Origin: Chrysomallon squamiferum
Lineage: Eukaryota > Animalia > Mollusca
Length of the DNA: 64,000 nucleotides
Direction: 5' to 3'
NCBI GenBank assembly: GCA_012295275.1
Contig: CM022673.1
Span: 11,098,001-11,162,000 of the forward strand
Shown here: positions 63,889 to 64,000 of the stretch, piece after piece
Layout: each line of letters begins with the position of its first letter
How positions within the stretch are numbered: position 1 is the first letter of the stretch
Position numbers and translations under genes: made by a program
Notes under the pieces: generated by a model
Seen by the model: only the letters and a program-made list of their open reading frames with translations
The model's database searches: none
Told to the model about the DNA's origin: nothing

Positions 63889-64000
63889 TTATTATTATTA
63901 TTATTATGATTTAATAAAACAAAGGATAATCTCACTTTCTGTTAATTACACTGACACCAAATATCTTTGCAACGTTTTTTTGTATAAACAAGGAATCACA

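Overview
AT-rich, microsatellite-dense eukaryotic DNA with GT-AG introns, most likely from an invertebrate; a mollusc, probably a gastropod, is inferred from gene content and repeat types. Most ORFs in the supplied track are microsatellite artefacts. Five spliced loci can be built by hand. (1) The last 15 exons of an OSR1/SPAK (fray)-type Ste20 kinase (571-11345, +). (2,3) A tail-to-tail inverted pair of Golgi-type carbohydrate sulfotransferase genes. Copy A (21030-25654, +) has a 1-nt frameshift and copy B (27612-30177, -) is intact. The pair shows patchy near-identity suggesting gene conversion, and shares upstream non-coding blocks. (4) A three-exon alpha-tubulin (33205-36434, -) beginning MREV, with RFX X-box and forkhead motifs that suggest a ciliary/flagellar isotype. 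(5) An uncharacterised type II membrane glycosyltransferase-like gene with one coding exon (42386-43510, +). The rest holds a Tigger/pogo-type deleted transposon, a probable MITE, SINE-like relics, several minisatellites, and a probable non-coding exon (52272-52607). No CRISPR array, rRNA, intact tRNA or clearly new biological system was found. The best leads are the sulfotransferase pair and the tubulin regulatory module.
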